A stretch of 64,000 bases of DNA from Candidatus Woesearchaeota archaeon (GTDB lineage Archaea; Nanobdellota; Nanobdellia; Pacearchaeales; GW2011-AR1). Of the stretch, positions 8,788 through 16,402 are shown piece after piece (positions within the stretch are counted from its first letter, which is position 1; each line of letters opens with the position of its first letter). The DNA lies in assembly GCA_964651965.1 (NCBI GenBank), contig CAZYZS010000004.1, positions 18,244 through 82,243 of the forward strand, in the 5' to 3' direction. A program made the position numbers and the translations under genes. The notes beneath the pieces were generated by a model. The model worked only from the letters and a program-made list of their open reading frames with translations. It did no database searches and had not been told where the DNA came from.

Positions 8788-9837
8788 TTAAGGGGCAGTC
8801 TTTATTTTAGACAGGTTCAGTTCTTTAAGCCTTTTTTTAAACTCTGCATAGTTTTCAAAAGCCACGCTCGCACCTGCAGAAGCAATATGGCCGCCTGAAT
8901 CTTTCAGCTTAAATCCTCGCGTTGTATCTTCTAGGAGGAGTATCATGTTGTACTCTCCTCTGTTGTTCCTAGCAGATATTTTGTAGCAACCCTCTTTTTT
9001 GTGAGCAAGGACTATGGTTTCTCCTGGATTTTCGAGACTTATTTTTGTGGCTAAAAATGATTCGAGATTAAAAGAAGATTGCACTTCAAAAAACCATCCA
9101 CTCGGAATTCTTACTCTTTCTTTCATATATCTTTCTAAGTTTTCATCTAATTCTTTTTGAACAGCAGACGAATAGGGCTCTAGCGTTTTAATCTTCTTAA
9201 TATCTTCAGGCAGTCTCCTATAGAATTCTAAGAGATTCTTCTGGAAGTAGATAATTGAAAGGCTTAGAGTAATAAGGATATCCCACATTTTTCCTTTTCT
9301 ATAATCTTTTTCATCGAAATTTTCAGAGTATTGAGAATATACTTTTTGTATAAACTCTTTAGTTTTGATAAAGCAAACATCAGAGACAGAAGCAACAGCT
9401 ACCATCCATCCGAGTTCTTTAATATCTTTTAGTTTTGAGACGAGCTTAAAACACAGAAAAGCTGCGCAGTAATCTTTGGCATCGATGAATATAGTTTTAT
9501 TGGAATTATGATCTTTTTTGAATTCGTGGTGGTCAATAATCAGCACTTCGGCAAACTTTTCTAGTTCTTCTGTAAAATCTGGAAGGTCTATTGCTAAGTC
9601 AGTTAGAATAACTTTGTTCACTTCCAATTCTTTAAGCTCTTGCAGGAGAGATTTGTTTATCTCGTTATAATGAAGAAATTTTATGATTACGGGATTGATT
9701 ATTTTATTAAGAACTTTTGCAGCAGCGAATCCGTCTAGGTCTATATGAGAAAGGAGAGCAATTTTGTCTTCTGGCTTTAGATTTTCTATAAACTTGATAA
9801 ACAAATCTTCATTTCCGCATCTGTAATTGATTGCCAT
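8788..9837 (-). CDS. DHH/DHHA1 family phosphoesterase (second RecJ/NrnA-like paralog)
   Basis: LLSHIDLDGFAAAKVL, IIDHHEF and GGHIASAG motifs. Confidence 0.75.
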   Translation of the reverse strand: MAINYRCGNEDLFIKFIENLKPEDKIALLSHIDLDGFAAAKVLNKIINPVIIKFLHYNEINKSLLQELKELEVNKVILTDLAIDLPDFTEELEKFAEVLIIDHHEFKKDHNSNKTIFIDAKDYCAAFLCFKLVSKLKDIKELGWMVAVASVSDVCFIKTKEFIQKVYSQYSENFDEKDYRKGKMWDILITLSLSIIYFQKNLLEFYRRLPEDIKKIKTLEPYSSAVQKELDENLERYMKERVRIPSGWFFEVQSSFNLESFLATKISLENPGETIVLAHKKEGCYKISARNNRGEYNMILLLEDTTRGFKLKDSGGHIASAGASVAFENYAEFKKRLKELNLSKIKTAP

Positions 9838-9900
9838 AATTTAATATAGATGGCTTCTTTTTAAATTAATCTCCACTATAATAAAGATTATAAATCGAGT

Positions 9901-10485
9901 TTGGATTGTTTAGTGGTGATAACATATAACGATATTTACGAGTCGCTTAGAAAAGAGAGATATTCAGAGCAGTTGCAGCCATTGGGCAAGAATTTTGTTA
10001 GCGAAGTAGCGGGATATTTGAAAGAGAAAAAGGCAATATCTGAAAAATCAGGGGATTTATTTTCTGATGCAATTTCAAAGACAAAAAAGCAGTTTGAAAA
10101 TGCTATTTCTATGTTCAAGGAACTTATGTTGAGAAGAAAAAAGAAGCTACTTAATCTGGCCTTTGTTGCTGCGGAGACGGGGATAAGTAAGCGAGACTAT
10201 GAGAACATGCTTCCTTTTGAGAAAGATGTCTTTGAGATAATAATGAAATCCATGGAAGATGGAGACAAGAGGGTTGCTAACTTGTTGAGCGGGCAAAACG
10301 AACAAGGAGAAGAAAAGAAAAACAAGCTAATTAGCTTTTTACAGGACACAGAAGAGTTCTTGGGATTGGACGGGGATAAGTTAGGGCCTTTTAAAAAAGG
10401 AGACATTGTTAATCTGCCTTCTGAAATAGCCAACATACTAATTGTGGATAACAAAGCAGAGTATATTAACGAGGATGAAGAATAA
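9901..10485 (+). CDS. GINS complex subunit (Gins51/Gins15-like)
   Basis: N-terminal ITYNDIYESLRKERYSEQLQPLGKNF and C-terminal B-domain LGLDGDKLGPFKKGDIVNLPSEIANILIVDNKAEYI match the archaeal GINS51 pattern. The start codon is uncertain (TTG 9901 or GTG 9913). Confidence 0.7.
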   Translation: MDCLVVITYNDIYESLRKERYSEQLQPLGKNFVSEVAGYLKEKKAISEKSGDLFSDAISKTKKQFENAISMFKELMLRRKKKLLNLAFVAAETGISKRDYENMLPFEKDVFEIIMKSMEDGDKRVANLLSGQNEQGEEKKNKLISFLQDTEEFLGLDGDKLGPFKKGDIVNLPSEIANILIVDNKAEYINEDEE

Positions 10486-10515
10486 ATTTATAAATGAGGG
10501 TTAATTATTCATTAG

Positions 10516-10911
10516 ATGAAACAGAAGCGGATAATTTTTTCAATCCTGGTGATTATATTAGTTCTTTTTGCAATTATATTATTTTTGAGCTTTAGGGAAA
10601 CTGCTCAAATGAAGAATTTAAAAGAATATTCTGTAAATATCGCTAAATGTTATTCTTCTTGTCCAATAGAAGGAGATGAAAGTGTAGCCCATGAAGGCGA
10701 GATTTTTTATTATATAAATCTCTCCTGCAGGAGTAAGTGCCATGAAACCTATGGAGATCTGACTTTGGGAGATATTGCAAATATGAACCTTTCAAGAGAA
10801 GATTCTGAGAAATTTTCGGTTATGATTAAAGAAATTCAGAGGTGTATCCAAGGTTATGCTAAAGAAGAAATAAGTTTCTGTCTTGATGGATTTATTCAAA
10901 AATATTCTTAA
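10516..10911 (+). CDS. Small membrane-anchored Cys-containing protein, unknown function
   Basis: N-terminal TM IIFSILVIILVLFAIILFLSF, with six Cys in the ectodomain. Confidence 0.45.
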   Translation: MKQKRIIFSILVIILVLFAIILFLSFRETAQMKNLKEYSVNIAKCYSSCPIEGDESVAHEGEIFYYINLSCRSKCHETYGDLTLGDIANMNLSREDSEKFSVMIKEIQRCIQGYAKEEISFCLDGFIQKYS

Positions 10912-10933
10912 TTTTGAGTTTTCTAAATAAAAA

Positions 10934-11069
10934 AGCCTCCAGAGGGATTTGAACCCCCGACCTATACAGCAATTCTTTAGGAATTTCTGCTGACATGGCC
11001 TAACTTACAAGGCAGCTGAGCAAATTTGCTCTGGCAAATTTTTCGCTCTGCCAACTGAGCTATAGAGGC
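10934..11069 (-). tRNA. tRNA-Thr (UGU), 136-nt gene with three predicted BHB introns (11016..11042, 10992..11005, 10965..10986)
   Basis: Hand fold: acceptor GCCTCTA/TGGAGGC, D arm GCTC-AGTTGGCA-GAGC, T arm GGGGG-TTCAAAT-CCCTC. Removing the three introns gives anticodon stem ACTGC/GCAGT, loop CTTGTAA and a 73-nt mature tRNA. Confidence 0.65.
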
Positions 11070-11185
11070 TTAAGTGGAAGATGGTTAAATTGGTATATAA
11101 AACTTATTGTTTTAAATTATAACTATAAAAGGATGTATCTACAGTTCAATTCACAAAAATTTAAATATTTTGAAAATTATGTTAT

Positions 11186-12172
11186 TTGATGAAAAGAAGA
11201 ATATTCTTTGAATCTAAGAATGTCAGAAACTTATTTTTTAATAAGGTATTAAGTAGTTATAACTTTATTAAATGGAACGACATTGTGGTGCGTCTTGATG
11301 TCCCCAGAGTTATGCTAAGTAAGTACAGAAATGGATTTTTAACGATTCCCGAGCCAGTTTTTAAAAGATTTACAAAAAATTTTAATGAAAAAGATTTAAA
11401 TTATTTTTATAGTAAAATTATTTATCTTAATGAAGATTGGGGGAGGATTAAGGGGGGGAAATCTACTTATTTAAGGCATAAACAAATTTTTGATAATGGA
11501 AGGAAAATAGCGAATGATCGGATAAGAGAGAGAGCAATGAGATTTGATATTAATCTGCCGTTAACAAAAGAATTATCTTATTTTGTCGGATTATTTATAG
11601 GCGATGGGTTTACTAATAAATATAGAAATTATTATCTTTTGCAGTTTACGGGAGACAAAAGAAAAGAGCGAGAGTTTTACTCTAAGATTATCTCGAATAT
11701 GACTTTAAATCTGTTTAATATTTCACCAGTTATTAAGGAAGAAGTAAGGACTAATGCTATAAGAGTTAATTTTTATTCTCTTAATCTTTATAAGTTAATC
11801 ATTGATCGATTTAAGATAAAAGCAGGCAGGAAAAGCAAAGATGTTTTAATTCCTGAGGAGATTTTAAGAGCTGATTCGGATATTCTACTGTCCTGTATAG
11901 CCGGTATTTATGATGCTGAAGGTTGTTTTTATTTTGATGAAAGAACCAATTATAAATCTCCTTATCCTGTAATTGCTCTCCACATGAACAATCCCAAATT
12001 AATAACCCAAATCTCCGAGGTATTTATTAAAGATAAAATAAAACATTCTTTCACTTCAAATTATTCTACTCTTTATATTTATGGTAAAGAAAGTGTGCAA
12101 GATTTTTTATATAAGGTTAAATTGTTAAATCCTAAGTATGCAGAAAAAATCGATTTATTGAAGAAGATTTAG
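11186..12172 (+). CDS. Free-standing double-motif LAGLIDADG homing-endonuclease-like protein
   Basis: Two LAGLIDADG motifs (LSYFVGLFIGDGF and LSCIAGIYDAEGCFYF) about 100 aa apart, with an N-terminal extension of ~125 aa. Confidence 0.75.
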   Translation: MMKRRIFFESKNVRNLFFNKVLSSYNFIKWNDIVVRLDVPRVMLSKYRNGFLTIPEPVFKRFTKNFNEKDLNYFYSKIIYLNEDWGRIKGGKSTYLRHKQIFDNGRKIANDRIRERAMRFDINLPLTKELSYFVGLFIGDGFTNKYRNYYLLQFTGDKRKEREFYSKIISNMTLNLFNISPVIKEEVRTNAIRVNFYSLNLYKLIIDRFKIKAGRKSKDVLIPEEILRADSDILLSCIAGIYDAEGCFYFDERTNYKSPYPVIALHMNNPKLITQISEVFIKDKIKHSFTSNYSTLYIYGKESVQDFLYKVKLLNPKYAEKIDLLKKI

Positions 12173-12228
12173 TCTTGGTATAAAACGATCATTTTGGCAA
12201 AAATTAGTTGTAATCTAAAACTGTTTTG

Positions 12229-12717
12229 TTATATCAAATGTTCTTCTGCTGATAATTTGTAATTATGTATTTCGTTTATGGAGAACCATAAGGCAAGCTC
12301 TTTTTTGGCTTGCTCGGCATCTTCAGAGGCATGAACAAGATTCTTTCCTTGCTGGTAAGTTTTAACATAATTCCTGCTCGCATGACAGAAGTCCCCTCTT
12401 ATTGTTCCAATTGGAGACTCTCCAGGGTAAGTTGTGCCTACAATTTTCCTTACAGCTTCTATTGCGCTGCTTCCTTGAACTATCATTGCTATGATGGGGC
12501 CGGCTGTTAAGTAATTTACAAGATATTCTCTTACTTTTTTGCCATGCCTTTGCTCCATTTGCTCAGTGTAATGTTTTTCTGCAAAGGTTTTATCAGCATG
12601 AACCATTTTCATGCCAACTATTTTCAGTCCTCTTTGTTCAAGCCTTTTTATAATTTCGCCTATGAGCCCTCTTTGAACTCCGTCTGGCTTTATTAGAACT
12701 AGGGTTTGTTGTATCAT
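12229..12717 (-). CDS. ndk: Nucleoside diphosphate kinase
   Basis: TLVLIKPDGVQRGLIGEIIKRLEQRGLKIVGMKM, and the active-site region NLVHASED (His retained). Confidence 0.9.
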   Translation of the reverse strand: MIQQTLVLIKPDGVQRGLIGEIIKRLEQRGLKIVGMKMVHADKTFAEKHYTEQMEQRHGKKVREYLVNYLTAGPIIAMIVQGSSAIEAVRKIVGTTYPGESPIGTIRGDFCHASRNYVKTYQQGKNLVHASEDAEQAKKELALWFSINEIHNYKLSAEEHLI

Positions 12718-12718
12718 T

Positions 12719-13465
12719 TTACTCTTTTTCCTTTTTCTCTTCTTTCTTTTTTCTGCTTTTGTGCTCTTTCTCTGGCTTTTCTTCCTTTTCTTCTTTAATC
12801 ACTTCTATAAGCTTTTCTTTTGTGTCTTCAATTTTTACTTCATACTTTTCAGTGCCCGGATTAAACTCCACTACTGGCTCAATTATTTTTTTGTCTTCTT
12901 TTATTTTCTCTTCTTTTACATCTATTTTTTCTTGCTCCTTTAATTTTTCCAGTTTTAATATTCTTATCTCACAAAGGGCCAATGGATAGATTTTCTTTAA
13001 CTTTAGAGAAAGAGGCTTTTGAAGCCTGTTGGAAATTATGTCTGAGAATACTTCTTGGTAAGTTTTGCTTTTGGCATAAACCTGGAGCCAGTCTATCACT
13101 TCTTTTCTTAGAGCGTTTCTTACCCTCCTTGAAACTCTTTTTCTAGTTATTAAGAAAGGTTTGATTCTTATCTGCGCATCTTTGCATTCTGCGAGGAAAG
13201 ATTCTTCGACGTAGCTTATTTTTCTTCTTAGCATCCTTCTTATATAAAAGGACAAGAGAGTTAATTTGGTGGGATAAGCAACTGCTTTTCCTTTTTCCAC
13301 TTTAATTTTAAGCAAAACTTCAATGCTTTTCCCCCTTAACTGCCTTGTTAAGTCCAGCTTTATTGCTTTGCCGTTAAGCGATTCGATATTATATGTTAGT
13401 GCATCAACAGAAGAATTAGTTAAAGGGACTTCTATTTCAAAAAATCTTTTTTTTAGTGTAGCCAT
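12719..13465 (-). CDS. rps3ae: 30S ribosomal protein eS1 (S3Ae) with a K/E-rich C-terminal tail
   Basis: FFEIEVPLT..., FYIRRMLRRKISYVE and KKIYPLALCEIRILKL match the eS1 pattern. The stop is 1 nt before the ndk start. Confidence 0.8.
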   Translation of the reverse strand: MATLKKRFFEIEVPLTNSSVDALTYNIESLNGKAIKLDLTRQLRGKSIEVLLKIKVEKGKAVAYPTKLTLLSFYIRRMLRRKISYVEESFLAECKDAQIRIKPFLITRKRVSRRVRNALRKEVIDWLQVYAKSKTYQEVFSDIISNRLQKPLSLKLKKIYPLALCEIRILKLEKLKEQEKIDVKEEKIKEDKKIIEPVVEFNPGTEKYEVKIEDTKEKLIEVIKEEKEEKPEKEHKSRKKKEEKKEKE

Positions 13466-13466
13466 T

Positions 13467-13820
13467 TTATCCTTTGCCTCCCTCTTTAGATTTATCCCCC
13501 TCTTCTTTTGCCCCTATCTGTACCTTGCTTGTCCTCTTGCCTTTTTTCTGCATTGTGGATTTTTTACATACTGAACAAGTATACATTGTATTTGTTTTTT
13601 TAGTTGATTTTGTTTTTCTTTTGAACTTGGTTGCTGCTGGTTTGCTTCCCCACTTTCCAAGATTTCCATAGCCTCTTCCCTTGCCTCTCTTTTTGGCACG
13701 AAGCATAGATCCTCTTTTCATCGCCCCTCTTTTATGCCCTGAAGAGACCTGGCTAACTTTATGTTCGGTATGCTTTTTGCAAAAAGGACAATACCTTTTA
13801 GTTTTTTTAGGTAATCTCAT
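13467..13820 (-). CDS. rpl44e: 50S ribosomal protein eL42 (L44e)
   Basis: MRLPKKTKRYCPFCKKHTEHKV ... YTCSVCKK: a split zinc ribbon in a very basic protein. Confidence 0.85.
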   Translation of the reverse strand: MRLPKKTKRYCPFCKKHTEHKVSQVSSGHKRGAMKRGSMLRAKKRGKGRGYGNLGKWGSKPAATKFKRKTKSTKKTNTMYTCSVCKKSTMQKKGKRTSKVQIGAKEEGDKSKEGGKG

Positions 13821-13871
13821 CGTAGTAATTATAGTTTAATAAAGTGTAGAGAAAGAAGGGGTTTTTAAAGC

Positions 13872-14123
13872 TTATCCTGCTGTTCTGTTTGTAATAAGGT
13901 TAAGGATAGGCTGGGGAATTATTGTATTGCCTGATATGACCCTTAAAACCGCCCAGGCTAGTATAATTATTATGATTGCAATTATCAACCTTTTTATATT
14001 TAATCCTCTTTTTCTTTTTTCAAAAGAGTAGCCGCATTTCAAGCAGAATTTGTCCTCTTGTTTCAGTTCTGAGCCGCATTGCGGGCAGTATTTTACCCCT
14101 TTTTTTACTTTATTCTTCGCCAT
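13872..14123 (-). CDS. Zinc-ribbon membrane protein, unknown function
   Basis: YCPQCGSELKQEDKFCLKCG followed by TM LIIAIIIIILAWAVL. Confidence 0.55.
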   Translation of the reverse strand: MAKNKVKKGVKYCPQCGSELKQEDKFCLKCGYSFEKRKRGLNIKRLIIAIIIIILAWAVLRVISGNTIIPQPILNLITNRTAG

Positions 14124-14164
14124 ATAAGTATATATTTTCTGGATTTATAAATATTGAGTTTTAA

Positions 14165-14236
14165 TGGTCCTGCAAGGGATCGAACCTTGGATCTCATCCA
14201 CGTCAAAGATGCGTTCTGCCACTGAACTACAAGACC
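14165..14236 (-). tRNA. tRNA-Val (GAC), intronless
   Basis: Hand fold: acceptor GGTCTTG/CAGGACC, anticodon stem CATCT/GGATG, loop TTGACGT, T arm CAAGG-TTCGATC-CCTTG. No encoded CCA. Confidence 0.85.
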
Positions 14237-14396
14237 GTAAAAAAACAAGGTTTAGGAGGATTTTAAAGGTTTTTGTTGAATTGTTGCTTTTAGTTTTACT
14301 TACTAACTTACTAAGTAACTAATTAACTAAGAAAGGTTTATATATTCTTGATTATTGAAAATACAATAAAAAAGAGGAAATGGGAAGAACAAGGAT

Positions 14397-14540
14397 ATGA
14401 AAAAATATCTGCTTTTAATAGAAGACGAAAAATTGTGGGAGAAGTTCAAGGCTTCTATAGAGAAAGACATTAATACAGAAATAATGGCGCTCATAAAGAA
14501 AATGGTGAAAAAAGATGATAAAGAAACTAAGAAGGATTAA
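14397..14540 (+). CDS. 47-aa mini-protein, possibly ribbon-helix-helix (below the ORF-track cutoff)
   Basis: MKKYLLLIEDEKLWEKFKASIEKDINTEIMALIKKMVKKDDKETKKD has a strand-helix-helix pattern. It overlaps the start of the 628-aa gene by 26 nt. Confidence 0.35.
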   Translation: MKKYLLLIEDEKLWEKFKASIEKDINTEIMALIKKMVKKDDKETKKD

Positions 14541-16401
14541 CATAAGTAAGAAGGCTGCAAGCCTGGCGATTTTCATAATAATAGCCATACTTTTAGTTGC
14601 AGCCATTATCTTAGTTTATGTGCTTAGAGAAAACTTTACAATTTCTACGCTTCCTAAGGAAGTAAGGCCCGTTTACGATTATTTTTCGAGCTGTATTGAA
14701 GAGGAGACTAGAATGGCGGCTCTTACAATGGGTTCTCAAGCAGGATACCTTGAACTGCCCGAATTTGAGCCAGGAAGCGATTACATGCCTTTTTCCTCGC
14801 AACTAGACTTCATGGGGGCTGTTCCTTACTGGTATTATGTTTCAAGAAATGGCGTAGCTAAAGAGCAGGTACCTAGCAAGAACAAAATGGAAGAGCAATT
14901 AAGGCTATATCTTAAAGAGAGAATAGACGAGTGTAGCTTTAAGGCCTTTGAGGAAAATGGATTTACAGTAGAAAAAGGAGATATCGATGTTAATGTAGCA
15001 ATAGAAGATACGAAAATAAACGTGGATGTAACAATGCCTTTAACAGTTTCCTTTGAAGACAGCAAGGGGACAAAGACTGAGCATCAAGTAGAAGTGGATT
15101 CGAAATTAGGAAAATTTTATGATCTTGCTAGTAAGATTTATAGTAAAGAGCAGGAAACAGAATTTTTAGAGAATTATGGAGTAGATATTTTAAGACTGTA
15201 CGCGCCTGTTGATGGAAGCGATCTTGGATGTGCCCCTAAAATCTGGTCTAAAGCAGCTGTGAAGGAGAATCTTACCCAGGCTCTTGAGGCAAATACTAGA
15301 GCTATAAAAATTAAGGGAGATTACTACGATTTAGGGAAAGAAGAAAACAAATATTTTGTTCAGGATTTAGGAGATAGAGTTGAAGAAGAAGTTAATTTTC
15401 TTTATTTGAGAAATTGGCCTATGAAATTTGAGGTATGGCCGAGCGAAAGCAACATTTTAATGGCGGAGCCAGTTGGATTACAGGAAGGTTTGGGCATCTT
15501 GGGTTTTTGTTATGTGCCTTATCATTTTGTCTATGATTTTTCCTATCCTGTTTTGATACAGATTTATGATGGGGAGGAACTTTTCCAGTTTCCAGTTGCG
15601 GTTGTAATTGATAAAAATACCCCAAGGCAGGCTCCAGATGTAGAAGGATTGCCTGAAGTTGTGCCAGAACTGTGTGAGCACAAACTTACTGAAATGAAGG
15701 TTTATACTTATAATACTCAATTAGACCCTGTTCCTGCTACTATAAAGCACAAATGCTTTGACACGAGCTGCTATATTGGAGATACATTAATAGAAGGACA
15801 GGATGCTGTGCTTACGGCAAATTTCCCGCAGTGCGTTAATGGCTATATTATTGCAGAGGCCGAAGGATATAAGACAGCAAAACTTGTACAGAGCACCGTA
15901 ACTGCTGGAGAGGCAGTTATTGTTTTAAATAAAAAGTATAATTTGGATTTGGAAGTAACCAAAGATGGGAGTAGCTTGAATGAAGAATATGCTATTGTTA
16001 CTTTTACAGGTGATGAAACAGCCACTGTTGTTTATCCTGAGCAAAAAAATATAGAGTTGACAGAAGGAGATTATGAGGTAAAGGTCTATGTTTATGCTAA
16101 TTCGACTATTACTCTTGCTGGAAGCAGCACTGAAAAATGCATAGAAGTTGCAAAGTCTGGAATTGGAGGGGTTTTCGGAGCGACAGATGAGAAGTGCTTT
16201 ACCTTGGAGATTCCAGAGCAAGTGGTGAGCTTTGCTGTTTCAGGAGGAGGAACACAAAAGTATTATGTTACAGAATCAGAGCTTGAATCAGACAAATTAA
16301 AGATAGATGCAACAAATTTTGGAAAGCCGACTAAAGTAGAAGAACTGCAGGAAAATTACAATAAAATCCAGACTGAAAATTTAGATATGCAATTCGGATA
16401 A
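14515..16401 (+). CDS. Membrane-anchored secreted protein (628 aa), unknown function
   Basis: N-terminal TM AASLAIFIIIAILLVAAIILVYVL. The stop is 1 nt before the next gene's ATG. I recognised no motif. Confidence 0.6.
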   Translation: MIKKLRRINISKKAASLAIFIIIAILLVAAIILVYVLRENFTISTLPKEVRPVYDYFSSCIEEETRMAALTMGSQAGYLELPEFEPGSDYMPFSSQLDFMGAVPYWYYVSRNGVAKEQVPSKNKMEEQLRLYLKERIDECSFKAFEENGFTVEKGDIDVNVAIEDTKINVDVTMPLTVSFEDSKGTKTEHQVEVDSKLGKFYDLASKIYSKEQETEFLENYGVDILRLYAPVDGSDLGCAPKIWSKAAVKENLTQALEANTRAIKIKGDYYDLGKEENKYFVQDLGDRVEEEVNFLYLRNWPMKFEVWPSESNILMAEPVGLQEGLGILGFCYVPYHFVYDFSYPVLIQIYDGEELFQFPVAVVIDKNTPRQAPDVEGLPEVVPELCEHKLTEMKVYTYNTQLDPVPATIKHKCFDTSCYIGDTLIEGQDAVLTANFPQCVNGYIIAEAEGYKTAKLVQSTVTAGEAVIVLNKKYNLDLEVTKDGSSLNEEYAIVTFTGDETATVVYPEQKNIELTEGDYEVKVYVYANSTITLAGSSTEKCIEVAKSGIGGVFGATDEKCFTLEIPEQVVSFAVSGGGTQKYYVTESELESDKLKIDATNFGKPTKVEELQENYNKIQTENLDMQFG

Positions 16402-16402
16402 A

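Noticed and set aside
8137-8810. Long plus-strand ORFs (196 and 129 aa) rich in Ser/Phe/Leu opposite the ftsY 5' region
   Set aside because: They are antisense shadows of the GAA/AAG-rich K/E-coding repeats of FtsY. They have low-complexity composition and no independent start context.
12759-12989. Two plus-strand ORFs inside the eS1 (S3Ae) C-terminal tail
   Set aside because: This is the same antisense low-complexity artefact of a K/E-rich coding segment.
14291-14331. A stop-codon-dense motif tagttttacttactaacttactaagtaactaattaactaag with a near-tandem cttactaa repeat
   Set aside because: It resembles an all-frame stop cassette. However, it lies in a normal AT-rich spacer between tRNA-Val and the next promoter, is short, is not repeated elsewhere, and has no evidence of function.
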